Shown: piece by piece, positions 46,474 to 55,566 of the stretch | Position numbering within the stretch: position 1 is the first letter of the stretch | Layout of the letters: each line of letters begins with the position of its first letter | Origin: a virus | Lineage: Duplodnaviria > Heunggongvirae > Uroviricota > Caudoviricetes | Virus record (IMG/VR): IMGVR_UViG_3300032214_000615 | Strand: one strand, 5' to 3' | DNA: 64,000 bases | The notes under the pieces: model-generated | The model's database searches: none | The model's input: the letters and a program-made list of their open reading frames with translations, nothing else | Told to the model about the DNA's origin: nothing | Position numbers and translations under genes: made by a program

Positions 46474-47277
46474 ATGAAGCGTGTTTTTTCTCTTGGTATC
46501 GTTGCCGCTGCTGTTATTGCTGCTGGATGCACTCGTATTGAAAGTGGCGAAGTTGGCGTGAGAATTGATTTCTCAAAACAGATCAAGCCCGGTGAACTAC
46601 AACCTGGCTCATTCAATCAGACTCTGATCGGCGATGTTCTTACGTTCCCAGTCAAGGATGTGGCAGTCGCAGTAGATAATATGACTCCACTGGCTAAGGA
46701 CAATTCAACAATGAAGGACGTTGATATGACCGTTATCTACAGTATCAACCCTAATCAGGTCAGTGAACTGTACACCTCAAAGAATCAGAGTTTTCATGCC
46801 AAGAGCAAGGAAGACACTCTGCTGATGTACAACTATGTCTATCAGGCTGCTCGTAATGGTCTGTATAAGGCTACCCGTGAATTCGAAGCACTGGACATGA
46901 ACGACAATCGTAGTGCCATTGAAGGCAAGATTCGTGAAGCGATGGTAGCAACTCTGGCAAGCGAAAAGCTGGATGGTAGCATCACTATTCAACAAGTTCT
47001 GGTTCGTCAGATGACGCCTGCTGATTCGGTTGTTGCCAGTGCTAATGATCTGGTTCGTAGCAAGAATGAACTTCGTCAAAAGGAAGTAGAAGTCAAGACT
47101 GCTGAAGCCGAAAGTCGTCGTATGGCTGCACTGGCCTCTCAAGGTGGTCAGAGTATTGCTTACATGAACGCTCAGACTGAGCAGATGAAGGCACAGGCTA
47201 TGCTTGAAGCTGCTAAGAAGGGTTCACTAATGATGGTACCAGTTGGCACTACGCCGATGGTCCATGTAGGCAAGTAA
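46474..47277 (+). CDS. SPFH/band-7 (stomatin/HflKC/YqiK-like) lipoprotein
   Basis: Lipoprotein signal MKRVFSLGIVAAAVIAAGC. SPFH-like core (ESGEVGVRIDFS...FPVKDVAVAVDNMTPLAKDNSTMKDVDMTVIYSI) followed by a long coiled-coil, Ala/Glu-rich C-terminus. GC clearly higher than the surroundings. Confidence 0.55.
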   Translation: MKRVFSLGIVAAAVIAAGCTRIESGEVGVRIDFSKQIKPGELQPGSFNQTLIGDVLTFPVKDVAVAVDNMTPLAKDNSTMKDVDMTVIYSINPNQVSELYTSKNQSFHAKSKEDTLLMYNYVYQAARNGLYKATREFEALDMNDNRSAIEGKIREAMVATLASEKLDGSITIQQVLVRQMTPADSVVASANDLVRSKNELRQKEVEVKTAEAESRRMAALASQGGQSIAYMNAQTEQMKAQAMLEAAKKGSLMMVPVGTTPMVHVGK

Positions 47278-47306
47278 TATTCAGCTATTTTAAATAGGAA
47301 GTCGCT

Positions 47307-47531
47307 GTGTCTGGAATTAATTACCAACTGCGTTGGTTGATTCGTAAGACGGGAAATCGTCTTCAGAATGATTATGGTTACTACTATGAAGAAACTATTC
47401 GCGTCTTGCAATATCGTGTATACTATGATGCAACTATTTACGCGGCTATTGCGTCAAACGGCGACTTTCTAAAGCAGATGGTGTGGAGTGAATGGCAGGA
47501 TGTTCCTGAGGTAGAAGATGTTAAAATTTAA
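47307..47531 (+). CDS. Hypothetical small protein
   Basis: 74 aa ORF. Confidence 0.3.
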   Translation: MSGINYQLRWLIRKTGNRLQNDYGYYYEETIRVLQYRVYYDATIYAAIASNGDFLKQMVWSEWQDVPEVEDVKI

Positions 47532-47811
47532 TTGTGTATTACATAATCTTTGGGCTAAAGAGAACTTTGATTCACTCTGGAACAAATCTGGAAGTTTTAC
47601 TAAAAATAAACATTGGGAAATTGAACTTACAAAATACAGCAATTACTTTTTAGGCATCAGACTCGACACCTGCTGGCGTGGTCGCGATCATGCTGGATTT
47701 TCGGTAGAATTGATGTTGCTTGGTTATTGTTTTCATGTTAACATCTACGATAGTAGACATTGGGACTACGAAAATAATTGTTGGGAAATTTACACAGGAG
47801 AAAACGAATGA
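47518..47811 (+). CDS. Hypothetical protein
   Basis: 97 aa ORF. Confidence 0.35.
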   Translation: MLKFNCVLHNLWAKENFDSLWNKSGSFTKNKHWEIELTKYSNYFLGIRLDTCWRGRDHAGFSVELMLLGYCFHVNIYDSRHWDYENNCWEIYTGENE

Positions 47812-48332
47812 TTACCATGCGTGATTTTATGGAAGTTATTAACTATCGTATTACTGAAGGAAGTGAATACGGCTGGCAGTGCTATGGACCTAATGCTCAT
47901 TCACTTGATAGTTGGAATGGAGATAACGATGAAGGTTACAGTGCTGGCATTGTTTTTGACACGGTAACACAGGTTGTTTATGAATTGGACGTATGCGACT
48001 ATAAGAACAATCGCGCTTATCGTTGGATTCATCCAGAATTTCGCGAAGAATACGTCAAACACTCGGAATGTAATGATACTCCTATGGATCAAGCCTGGGA
48101 TGATGTGTGCTATACTGACTTGGATGTACGTGAAGACATTCTAAGCAAGGCAGAGGCAATCGTAAAGGGACTAGATTATGACACACGTGTGTCGGTTCCG
48201 CTTGAGTTGGAAGATGATGTTATTCTTGCCGCCGCACTAGAGGCTCATAAGATGGACATCACTCTTAATGATTATATTCAACGAGTGTTGGCTTACCATG
48301 CAGAAGAAGTCTCTAATAAGAGGAACACATGA
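47808..48332 (+). CDS. Hypothetical acidic protein
   Basis: RBS AGGAG before ATG 47808 (the ATGA overlaps the upstream stop). C-terminal VPLELEDDVILAAALEAHKMDITLNDYIQRVLAYH is RHH-like. Confidence 0.4.
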   Translation: MITMRDFMEVINYRITEGSEYGWQCYGPNAHSLDSWNGDNDEGYSAGIVFDTVTQVVYELDVCDYKNNRAYRWIHPEFREEYVKHSECNDTPMDQAWDDVCYTDLDVREDILSKAEAIVKGLDYDTRVSVPLELEDDVILAAALEAHKMDITLNDYIQRVLAYHAEEVSNKRNT

Positions 48333-48751
48333 CTAATTTAATTGACGACCTAATTAATGATGCTGGGTTCAGTAGCACTTACGAGCGAGACAGACTTAAA
48401 AAGTTGTGTCAGCTATCTGCTCTTTACTGTGTAAGTGTCATGCTTACTGTAGAAGACAAAACCAAGTGTATTGCTGAGATTATCTCTTCTTTTAATATTG
48501 AGTTTGATAATGAACAAGATGAATGAGTACTTTGCCAACAATCGTTATAAGCACACTTATAATTTGGGTGATCGTGTGCGAGGTGTATGGGGGAAAATTC
48601 CCTTTACTGGAACTGTAATGATTGATACTCTAGTGGATGAGTATGATGGGCCCTACATTATCGTTCATAGCGATTTGCCTATCAAAGACGAAAATGGACT
48701 TGTTCGTACTATGATTAAACTCACTCATTCCGATATTACACAGGTGCTTTA

Positions 48752-49195
48752 ATGACATTAGTTGCTAAACCGCTCGTAACAGACAAGCTCTGGATACTAC
48801 TACACGGCCACAAAAAAGTTGGTAACGTGACCGCACAAGATGACGGGTATGTTGTAAACATTGGCAAAGCCGAAACGAAGTTTTCAAGTACTGATACGAT
48901 TGAACAATTCACTAAGATTGAGTTTGAACGACCGTCAAAAAAACTAACTGAGCAGAATCCTTTATTTAATATTTGGCCAACTAATGGTAAACCATACAAT
49001 AGTATGCTTGACATTAAGAAAAAAATTCATTTGTATACCAAGACATCCGATAGTCGATGTTATTACGCAAGTGGGTGGTATCGTTTAAAGATTAATGACA
49101 CGTGGCAAACTCAGTTTTGTCCTAAGTATATCTTTATTCAGCGATATGAGTACTCTGGTCCTTATATGACACAAGAACAGGCAGAATTGGCATAA
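48752..49195 (+). CDS. Hypothetical protein
   Basis: 147 aa ORF. Confidence 0.4.
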   Translation: MTLVAKPLVTDKLWILLHGHKKVGNVTAQDDGYVVNIGKAETKFSSTDTIEQFTKIEFERPSKKLTEQNPLFNIWPTNGKPYNSMLDIKKKIHLYTKTSDSRCYYASGWYRLKINDTWQTQFCPKYIFIQRYEYSGPYMTQEQAELA

Positions 49196-49403
49196 ATATA
49201 TGAATGATAAACATAAAAAAATTTATTGATAAAGTATCAACAATTGACGCGCGATCATCGCGAGATGTAGTGCTTACTCTCAGCGAGGCTAGAATGCTTC
49301 GCGACGAAATAGCAAAATTATTAGTGGACAGACTGGAGTCTATTCAACGAAACTCGTCACTCTCTTCGGAAGAAGTAACGCAAGTAGAAATTGTGGGAGG
49401 AAA

Positions 49404-49703
49404 ATGGTGATGAGTAGAGTTCAGCCAAAAATACTAATGGAAATAGTTGATAAAAAAACATATAAGTGCGATCAAGTTGTAGAGGCTGCTGGAATATGGG
49501 CGGTGTTTTTGGACGATCAGCCCATTAATTTAAAAAATCAGCATTATTTAGACAGTAACAGTGTTCCGAAATATAAAAAGACCAGTTTTAGTAATCCAGG
49601 ACACGCCAGAAATTTGTGTAGAAAGCTAAACGCACAGTTCAAAACTGATAGATTCACGGTAGTACTGCTAAATCAGGGAACAAAAGTATACCCGGACGAT
49701 TGA
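49404..49703 (+). CDS. Hypothetical protein
   Basis: 99 aa ORF. Confidence 0.35.
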   Translation: MVMSRVQPKILMEIVDKKTYKCDQVVEAAGIWAVFLDDQPINLKNQHYLDSNSVPKYKKTSFSNPGHARNLCRKLNAQFKTDRFTVVLLNQGTKVYPDD

Positions 49704-49704
49704 T

Positions 49705-50094
49705 GTGAGTGAGTTTGTCAAAAATAGAAACGCAATAACTAGAAAAATTCTAGGCATTGTAATGCCGGATTATTCCGACGAGATGCTAGACAACTCATTA
49801 CTTACTTGGTGGGTAAATATTCGTAGCACTGGGGGACTCGGACTCACTGATGTAGGCTATCAAGCCTTTACTAAAGCTGATTTGGAAAATTATACATTTT
49901 TCATAGATAAAGCAACTCCGTCATTACATATCTACGCTGTAGAAATAGATAGAAAAATTCCTAGCCCATACTATCTTAGATATATAAAAAGAGATAGATA
50001 CATAACAGTTTATGATACTCGTGTGGCAACTATGATTCAACTATACGGCAGTGTACACGACTACATAAGTAAATTGGAGAACTTATATGAGTAG
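49705..50094 (+). CDS. Hypothetical protein
   Basis: 129 aa ORF. Confidence 0.4.
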   Translation: MSEFVKNRNAITRKILGIVMPDYSDEMLDNSLLTWWVNIRSTGGLGLTDVGYQAFTKADLENYTFFIDKATPSLHIYAVEIDRKIPSPYYLRYIKRDRYITVYDTRVATMIQLYGSVHDYISKLENLYE

Positions 50095-50288
50095 CACTAA
50101 AAATCACAATCCCTTTATACGCATGGCACAAGAGGCAAAAGAAGCACAGAACGACAATGTTTTACCAAAGACTGGTAAACCAACAATAAATACACGTGTA
50201 CCAAAGCCAACAAAAGGATTTGGAAACAAAATAATTAAGAAAACTGGAAGAGCATAATAACAATATAACCAAAAGTTGTATTCTTATA

Positions 50289-50317
50289 TTGACTTTCATG
50301 CGTTATATAAATATAAT
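50289..50317 (+). promoter_or_regulatory. Strong sigma70-type promoter TTGACT-N17-TATAAT
   Basis: Direct reading; drives the Lys/Ala-rich peptide gene. Confidence 0.55.
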
Positions 50318-50344
50318 ACTAACACTTATAGAAAGAGGTATAAA

Positions 50345-50524
50345 ATGAAGAAACTAATCACTATCGCAGCACTTGCTTTCGCAGGCTCTGTATTCGCTCA
50401 AGCACCCGCATCTGCCCCAGCACCAGCAAAGGCAGCTTCAGCTCCAAAGAAGGAAGTAAAGAAGGTCGAGAAGAAGGATGCTAAGCCAGCTGAAAAGAAG
50501 GCTAGCGAGCCAGCAAAGAAGTAA
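50345..50524 (+). CDS. Secreted Lys/Ala/Pro-rich small protein (signal peptide + about 40 aa basic mature peptide)
   Basis: RBS AAGAGG. MKKLITIAALAFAGSVFA|QAPASAPAPAKAASAPKKEVKKVEKKDAKPAEKKASEPAKK. Higher GC than the flanks. Confidence 0.55.
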   Translation: MKKLITIAALAFAGSVFAQAPASAPAPAKAASAPKKEVKKVEKKDAKPAEKKASEPAKK

Positions 50525-50543
50525 AAATTTTTTATTTCTATAA

Positions 50544-50573
50544 AAGGGAGACTTTTGTCTCCCTTTTATTTTT
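50544..50573 (+). terminator. Rho-independent terminator (9-bp GC-rich stem, TTTT loop, T-tract)
   Basis: AAGGGAGAC-TTTT-GTCTCCCTT followed by TTATTTTT. Confidence 0.65.
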
Positions 50574-50574
50574 G

Positions 50575-50582
50575 TATAAATA
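50575..50582 (+). promoter_or_regulatory. T4-late-promoter-like TATAAATA immediately after the terminator
   Basis: TTTTGTATAAATAC, the same arrangement as at 59001-59014. Confidence 0.4.
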
Positions 50583-51028
50583 CATATGACAGAATACTGT
50601 CATCACACACACAGGAAAATTTATGTTAGCTTTACACAACTTACTATTAGGTATCAAAGCCTTTTTCAATTCGCCTAGTTACGGCGAAATCTTAGAACAC
50701 TACATAGTCTCTAAACACCCAAAGGACAGTTCTGATATTGATCGTCTAACCATTGAATGGCAGCGCGATCAAATGAGAGGACGTATACTATGAAGTTCTT
50801 AGTTAGTCTATGGGAAGCACTCTTAGAGTGGTCAGAAGAAATAAACGAATACCGTCGCAAGAACTGTATTCGAAACATGTACTAAGGAGAATACAAATGT
50901 TAAATTGGCAACCAATGACGGATGAGGATTGGCAGTGGGTCAATTACGGCACATTACCAAAATAAGTTGACATCTTACTATAAACGATGTATATTACACA
51001 GACACTTACACATATAAAGGAGATACAA

Positions 51029-51322
51029 ATGTCTAAAAATCAAAACACAGAATCTTTTATGTCACAGCTACCAAAGATGCCAGAACTAAAGGTTTCAAAA
51101 ACCGGATACGAGATTCGTTCTGATGTTCTTGCTATGGCAAAGGACTTGGTTCAATCAGAATACAGTATGAAATTTCACGGCTGGGAACTAAGTTCAACTC
51201 GTGACGAAAAGACTGGGCAAATCGTCAACGCGGTGAATATGCCAGAGTTTCCCGGACTAGACAAAGTACTAGAAACCGCGGAAAAGATGTACGCATTTAT
51301 CAACGCTACCACACGCAAGTAA
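51029..51322 (+). CDS. Hypothetical protein
   Basis: RBS AAGGAG 7 nt before ATG 51029 (the ORF track starts earlier at 50987). Confidence 0.45.
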   Translation: MSKNQNTESFMSQLPKMPELKVSKTGYEIRSDVLAMAKDLVQSEYSMKFHGWELSSTRDEKTGQIVNAVNMPEFPGLDKVLETAEKMYAFINATTRK

Positions 51323-51373
51323 GTATTAAATTCTAGTAGAGAACAGTGGGAGCTAAACTGCTCCCACTATTTT

Positions 51374-51664
51374 ATGACTGAACTATTTTATAACACATTA
51401 AAATGGATACGTGAGGATTACCGTAGTAATCCAGTTCGCTGTGTTCTTGAAGTATTTGCCTGGGCACTTAGTATAGGGTGCAGTGCTACTATGGCAATAA
51501 CTGTTCCTCATCCGCCATTCTTGATCCTGTATCCACTTTTTATTATTCAGTGTGCTATCTTTGCCTGGGCAGCCTGGACCAGACGCAGTAGTGGAATGTT
51601 GGCAAACTATGGACTATTGGTGACTATTGATAGTATAGCCTTGTTTAGATTGTTGGTTCAATAA
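51374..51664 (+). CDS. Small integral membrane protein (2-3 TM)
   Basis: Hydrophobic helices VLEVFAWALSIGCSATMAITV and FLILYPLFIIQCAIFAWAAW. Confidence 0.45.
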   Translation: MTELFYNTLKWIREDYRSNPVRCVLEVFAWALSIGCSATMAITVPHPPFLILYPLFIIQCAIFAWAAWTRRSSGMLANYGLLVTIDSIALFRLLVQ

Positions 51665-51665
51665 T

Positions 51666-51693
51666 TTGACAAAAAATCAAAAACGTCTATAAT
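51666..51693 (+). promoter_or_regulatory. Sigma70-type promoter TTGACA-N16-TATAAT
   Basis: Direct reading, upstream of 51727. Confidence 0.5.
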
Positions 51694-51726
51694 AGAAACA
51701 TAACTTAAATAATTTTGAGGTGAAAC

Positions 51727-52125
51727 ATGCCGTGTCGTGATTATGGTAGCGATGACTATGATTTTTCTGATAGACAATTGGGAATTCTAAAGCGCCAAGC
51801 AGAGGAAGAGATTCTTAAAGAGCGTGCCGATATGCTGGCTCGTATTGCCTGCCGCGCACTTGAAGCCATTGAGGCTGGTGGCGGCACTTACAGTCATCTT
51901 CTTGAAACCGTCATTCAAGACAAGGAGACTGCTGATTGGTGGGTAAAGCATAAGGAACAGGATAAAAAGCAACGTCTGATTCGTCTTAAAGAAGAACTAA
52001 AAAAGAAAGAACAGGATGAGTTAAAAAAACGTGCCTATGCTAAATTGACTGAAGAAGAAAGACAATTGTTTGGTTTGAATAAAAAGAAAGCAGATAAGCA
52101 AAATGGAACAAGAAGTTACTACTGA
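51727..52125 (+). CDS. Hypothetical early protein (coiled-coil, Lys/Glu-rich)
   Basis: 132 aa, RBS GAGGTGAAACATG. Confidence 0.45.
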   Translation: MPCRDYGSDDYDFSDRQLGILKRQAEEEILKERADMLARIACRALEAIEAGGGTYSHLLETVIQDKETADWWVKHKEQDKKQRLIRLKEELKKKEQDELKKRAYAKLTEEERQLFGLNKKKADKQNGTRSYY

Positions 52126-52456
52126 GCTGCCAGACGAACTAGTTGAAGAACTAGAGGCAGTTATCAAACAAGATTCTATGAGAGAATCACGTGCCACACG
52201 CATCATGCTGGAATTGGTAAAATGCCAACGCGCTGATTTTCTACTACTGCGTGACGATGATGTCCGTAAGTGGTGGGGGCAAATTCTAAAACACGTAGAA
52301 ACTACTATTTCCGAAAGAAAGCGAAGATGGAACGAATATACAGTCAAAGTCGCGGCATATGAACGTCTGTTGCCAGAAGAACGCCGCGCTCTGGGAATTC
52401 GTAAGCCATCAAAACCACAAGGCAAAAATCCATTTGACAATAAATCGGTTAGGTGA
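52103..52456 (+). CDS. Hypothetical early protein
   Basis: 117 aa; its last codons (FDNKSVR*) are encoded by promoter cassette 1. Confidence 0.45.
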   Translation: MEQEVTTELPDELVEELEAVIKQDSMRESRATRIMLELVKCQRADFLLLRDDDVRKWWGQILKHVETTISERKRRWNEYTVKVAAYERLLPEERRALGIRKPSKPQGKNPFDNKSVR

Positions 52457-52462
52457 TATACT
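52434..52462 (+). promoter_or_regulatory. Promoter cassette 1: TTGACA-N17-TATACT with extended -10 TG
   Basis: TTGACAATAAAT...TGATATACTGTATTCA consensus shared by 5 copies. Confidence 0.6.
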
Positions 52463-52493
52463 GTATTCACTGAGTTAAACAAAGGAGTAAGAA

Positions 52494-52892
52494 ATGGGAA
52501 CACGCAGCACTATCGCACTTGAGTACGCAGACGGTACCGTTGGTCAAGTTTATTGCCACTGGGACGGCTACTTGGATCACAACGGCATGATCCTGGACAT
52601 CAACTACACAGACCCGTTCAAAGTGCGTGAGCTGTTGGACCGTGGTGATATGAGTACGCTGGATACCTCTGTTAGCGGCTGCGACTTCTATTCTAATCGC
52701 GGTGATTACGTGCCGCAGCGTATGTATAAGGACTTCGCTGAATATCAGAGTCAAGCATCAATGGAGGAATACGACTATATCCTGCGTCAAATCGATGGCA
52801 AAGCCGTATGGTTTGTGCGTAGTTACGCAACCCACGATGATTGGGTCACTCTGGAGAAGGCTTTTGTGGCGGAAAAGGAGTACACAGAATGA
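52494..52892 (+). CDS. Hypothetical early protein (higher GC)
   Basis: 132 aa, RBS AAAGGAG, preceded by cassette 1. Confidence 0.5.
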   Translation: MGTRSTIALEYADGTVGQVYCHWDGYLDHNGMILDINYTDPFKVRELLDRGDMSTLDTSVSGCDFYSNRGDYVPQRMYKDFAEYQSQASMEEYDYILRQIDGKAVWFVRSYATHDDWVTLEKAFVAEKEYTE

Positions 52893-53080
52893 TCAAGGTT
52901 GTAACGAATAATTTGGGAAGCGGTGATTGGACTACGGTTCTGGGTCACTGCGGTGAAGTCCTGTTCGAGGGGCATAAAGCAGGCCCGCAAGACATTGTAG
53001 ACATCTTGAACAGTCTACTGGATTGCGGTGCGACACTGGTGGAAGTCACTGACGAACAAATGGAAGAACAGTATCCCTGA
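52889..53080 (+). CDS. Hypothetical small protein
   Basis: RBS AAGGAG before ATG 52889 (the ATGA overlaps the upstream stop). Confidence 0.45.
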   Translation: MIKVVTNNLGSGDWTTVLGHCGEVLFEGHKAGPQDIVDILNSLLDCGATLVEVTDEQMEEQYP

Positions 53081-53082
53081 AT

Positions 53083-53111
53083 TTGACAATAAATCCAATT
53101 CCTGATATACT
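53083..53111 (+). promoter_or_regulatory. Promoter cassette 2 (TTGACA-N17-TATACT)
   Basis: 53082-53140 is near-identical to cassettes 4 and 5. Confidence 0.6.
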
Positions 53112-53140
53112 GTATTCAAGTTAGAAAACAGGAGCAAACG

Positions 53141-53290
53141 ATGTTTCAAGACTGGCTCTACCAAGACATGACGGACTTTGAAAGTGCCTTGGAATACGAA
53201 CGTGAGCATCCTAGTTGGCAGTGTGAGTGGGATCAGCGTATGGCTAATGAGTTTCCTGTGTTTGTTACTGATTTGGGAGTTGAAGAATGA
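53141..53290 (+). CDS. Hypothetical small acidic protein
   Basis: 49 aa, RBS CAGGAG, preceded by cassette 2. Confidence 0.4.
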   Translation: MFQDWLYQDMTDFESALEYEREHPSWQCEWDQRMANEFPVFVTDLGVEE

Positions 53291-53553
53291 ACGAACGAAT
53301 TCAAGAACTTGCTGACAGGCTGTGGCGTATTCATCCTAAGGATATTGATGCTATGGGATTAAAAACTCGCAAAGAGTTTTATGAACAAGAATTGAAAAAG
53401 TTTGCCGAGTTGTTGATTCGGGAATGTATCACACAATGTGAAAATGTTGGTGAAATTGCTGAACAAACGAATCACGGTGAGATGGCTCGTAAGACTAAGG
53501 CAACATCTAATGGTTGTGCCCAAATGATAAAGTGGCGTTTTGGACTTGAATGA
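53287..53553 (+). CDS. Small protein, member of the MNERI paralog family (3 copies)
   Basis: MNERIQELADRLW...KFAELLIRECITQCEN. Shares MNERIxELA...EKFAELLIRECIEQCE with 56973 and, more distantly, 57203. Confidence 0.5.
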   Translation: MNERIQELADRLWRIHPKDIDAMGLKTRKEFYEQELKKFAELLIRECITQCENVGEIAEQTNHGEMARKTKATSNGCAQMIKWRFGLE

Positions 53554-53560
53554 CCGAAAT

Positions 53561-53589
53561 TTGACAATAAATACGTTTCCTGATATACT
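53561..53589 (+). promoter_or_regulatory. Promoter cassette 3 (TTGACA-N17-TATACT)
   Basis: Same consensus; subfamily with cassette 1 (tattcactgagtta). Confidence 0.6.
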
Positions 53590-53622
53590 GTATTCACTGA
53601 GTTAGACAACGGAGTAAACGAA

Positions 53623-54108
53623 ATGAACTGCGCACCCACTCTCACTGCCGAAGAATTCAAGCAAATCCACAATGGTCTGTGCGACCTCAGGCATGCGATT
53701 GACCGTCTCGACGGCGTGTTGGCCCCTGATGTTTTCAAACTCCTTACTAAGGCTAAGGAACAAATTTCTGTTGGTTTGGTCGGTGCTTACGAACAGGATA
53801 CTCGTTCGTTTGATAGCAAGCATAGTCATTATGGATCTGTGCAGAAGGATCTGGGTCTGGATGCCATCTGGTCTCTGTACGAAATTGATGACCTGAACAA
53901 GCCGCATTCGTTCGAAGGTGTGACCAAGGTTGTGTATCGTAACCACTGGGGTCGTAAGTCGGTGTCGTGCACGATTAATGGCAATACCTGGGCTTCACTG
54001 TATGTGGCTGCTAATGCTTGCATCCGTGATAGCAGCGACAATCACCATGTCTTCATTGAGGATTTCACCAAGGAAGATGATACTCTGATTTTGTCGACCG
54101 GTTCTTGA
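53623..54108 (+). CDS. Hypothetical early protein (higher GC)
   Basis: 161 aa, RBS ACGGAG, preceded by cassette 3. Confidence 0.5.
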   Translation: MNCAPTLTAEEFKQIHNGLCDLRHAIDRLDGVLAPDVFKLLTKAKEQISVGLVGAYEQDTRSFDSKHSHYGSVQKDLGLDAIWSLYEIDDLNKPHSFEGVTKVVYRNHWGRKSVSCTINGNTWASLYVAANACIRDSSDNHHVFIEDFTKEDDTLILSTGS

Positions 54109-54518
54109 TAATGTCTGAACTTTCACGCGACCAAAAACGAGAACTCACGGACTCTGGCTTGATGTTTCTTCGTGCTGTAGGTAATATCTACGGTAGTGAA
54201 CGTGCCTTGGAAATGTGGCACACTATCGCCGATACAATTAACTCTGATTTGAAGGGTTGGACGTTTGAGGCTATGTTGCTTGGTCGTATGGAGTCCTCTA
54301 TCGTTATCCAATATCTTGGTATGCATGTCAATAAAATTGCCATCATCAAGGCAATTCGTACATGGGATAGGCGTGGTCTTGGATTGAAGGAAGCTAAGGA
54401 CATGCTAGACGAATTGATGGAACGCGGGAAAGAAATCACACTAGAGGTAAGTTACAATAGAGTGAATCACGCAGCCGAAGAATTTAGGAATCTAGGATGT
54501 AAAGGATTAGGGTTATGA
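54105..54518 (+). CDS. Hypothetical protein
   Basis: 137 aa, coupled (ATGA). Confidence 0.45.
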   Translation: MIMSELSRDQKRELTDSGLMFLRAVGNIYGSERALEMWHTIADTINSDLKGWTFEAMLLGRMESSIVIQYLGMHVNKIAIIKAIRTWDRRGLGLKEAKDMLDELMERGKEITLEVSYNRVNHAAEEFRNLGCKGLGL

Positions 54519-55213
54519 ATTCAATATTTGTTGATTTAGATTACAAGGTTAAACAAAAAGAATTAATTTCTACAGAAATTGATTCATTAGTGCTTAGTGT
54601 TGCTTATTATCGGTATAGAACTGATTCTAGAAATTACTACATTGAAAATTTCTATGACGCTAAAATTGTGTCTAGCGTCACTGATGAAGATTATTCTACT
54701 GCTCGTCGCATTCGTGAGTACTATAGTAAAAAAATAATGTGGTGGAAACTTAGCGGAAAACATCTATCAAAATTTCGCAGTGACTTGGCAGAATTCTTGT
54801 CAGAAGATAATTCTCGCTCTTTTGACAAGAGCATTTGTGGTTTAATTTGGAAATTGCCAGAATTTTATTTTTATGATGTTGAGTTAGATCGGCTGTTTGA
54901 GTCACAACAGAATTATACTGTAATTGAGTCAGAAGTCCAAAATTCTGAGTTTACAGTTAAATTTTTGACAAAGCTGTCTAGAAAGACACGATTCAACGAT
55001 GTGATCAAATATTGGTTTATAAACAAAGACGGAGTAATTGTCAATTTTACAATTGATCGTAAAAACATATTGTTGCCGATGTTTGAATCTATCGTGACTA
55101 GTGGAAAATTTTTAAAATTGACGGCCAAGTCAGCGAAAGTCGCAACTTACGACAGTAATCAGTATTGGAACATTACTGCTCTGAATTCTGTGTGTTTTGA
55201 CTCTTGTCAATAA
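54515..55213 (+). CDS. Hypothetical protein (AT-rich, unlike its neighbours)
   Basis: 232 aa, coupled (ATGA). Confidence 0.45.
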   Translation: MNSIFVDLDYKVKQKELISTEIDSLVLSVAYYRYRTDSRNYYIENFYDAKIVSSVTDEDYSTARRIREYYSKKIMWWKLSGKHLSKFRSDLAEFLSEDNSRSFDKSICGLIWKLPEFYFYDVELDRLFESQQNYTVIESEVQNSEFTVKFLTKLSRKTRFNDVIKYWFINKDGVIVNFTIDRKNILLPMFESIVTSGKFLKLTAKSAKVATYDSNQYWNITALNSVCFDSCQ

Positions 55214-55250
55214 ATACATCTTCTGCTATAATGTCAAACTATTGAGACAA

Positions 55251-55439
55251 ATGGATACTTGTATGAAGCGAGAAGTAATTTCTTTCACTGCTGCTAAGCC
55301 TCGTGATATCATTGCGCGTGATATGATGGATCGCAATGGCCCATTTAAAGCCAAAGTGGAGTGCGATCAACGAAAGTATCGTCGCAATCAAAAGCATCGG
55401 AAAAACTTTTCGGATTATTCAGATCGGTTTTATCGTTAA
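55251..55439 (+). CDS. Small basic protein (start uncertain)
   Basis: ORF 55197-55439; the TATAAT at 55227 suggests a start at 55251 or 55263. Arg/Lys-rich C-terminus. Confidence 0.3.
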   Translation: MDTCMKREVISFTAAKPRDIIARDMMDRNGPFKAKVECDQRKYRRNQKHRKNFSDYSDRFYR

Positions 55440-55456
55440 TCTGTACAAAAAAACTC

Positions 55457-55485
55457 TTGACCTAAATTAGAAAATAGGTTATAAT
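55457..55485 (+). promoter_or_regulatory. Sigma70-type promoter TTGACC-N17-TATAAT
   Basis: Direct reading, 80 nt upstream of 55567. Confidence 0.5.
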
Positions 55486-55566
55486 AGAATCTTCAACAGA
55501 ACAATACGAATTGCCCGAGTTTGTATTGTTCTATTCAATAATCATCGGGAAATAAGGAAATGTAAA

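Noticed and set aside
50525-50990. Search for tRNA genes in the longest non-coding stretches (also 16291-16520, 46207-46286)
   Set aside because: No T-loop GTTCRANYC or cloverleaf-compatible segments could be recognised by eye. A proper tRNAscan is needed, so none is reported.
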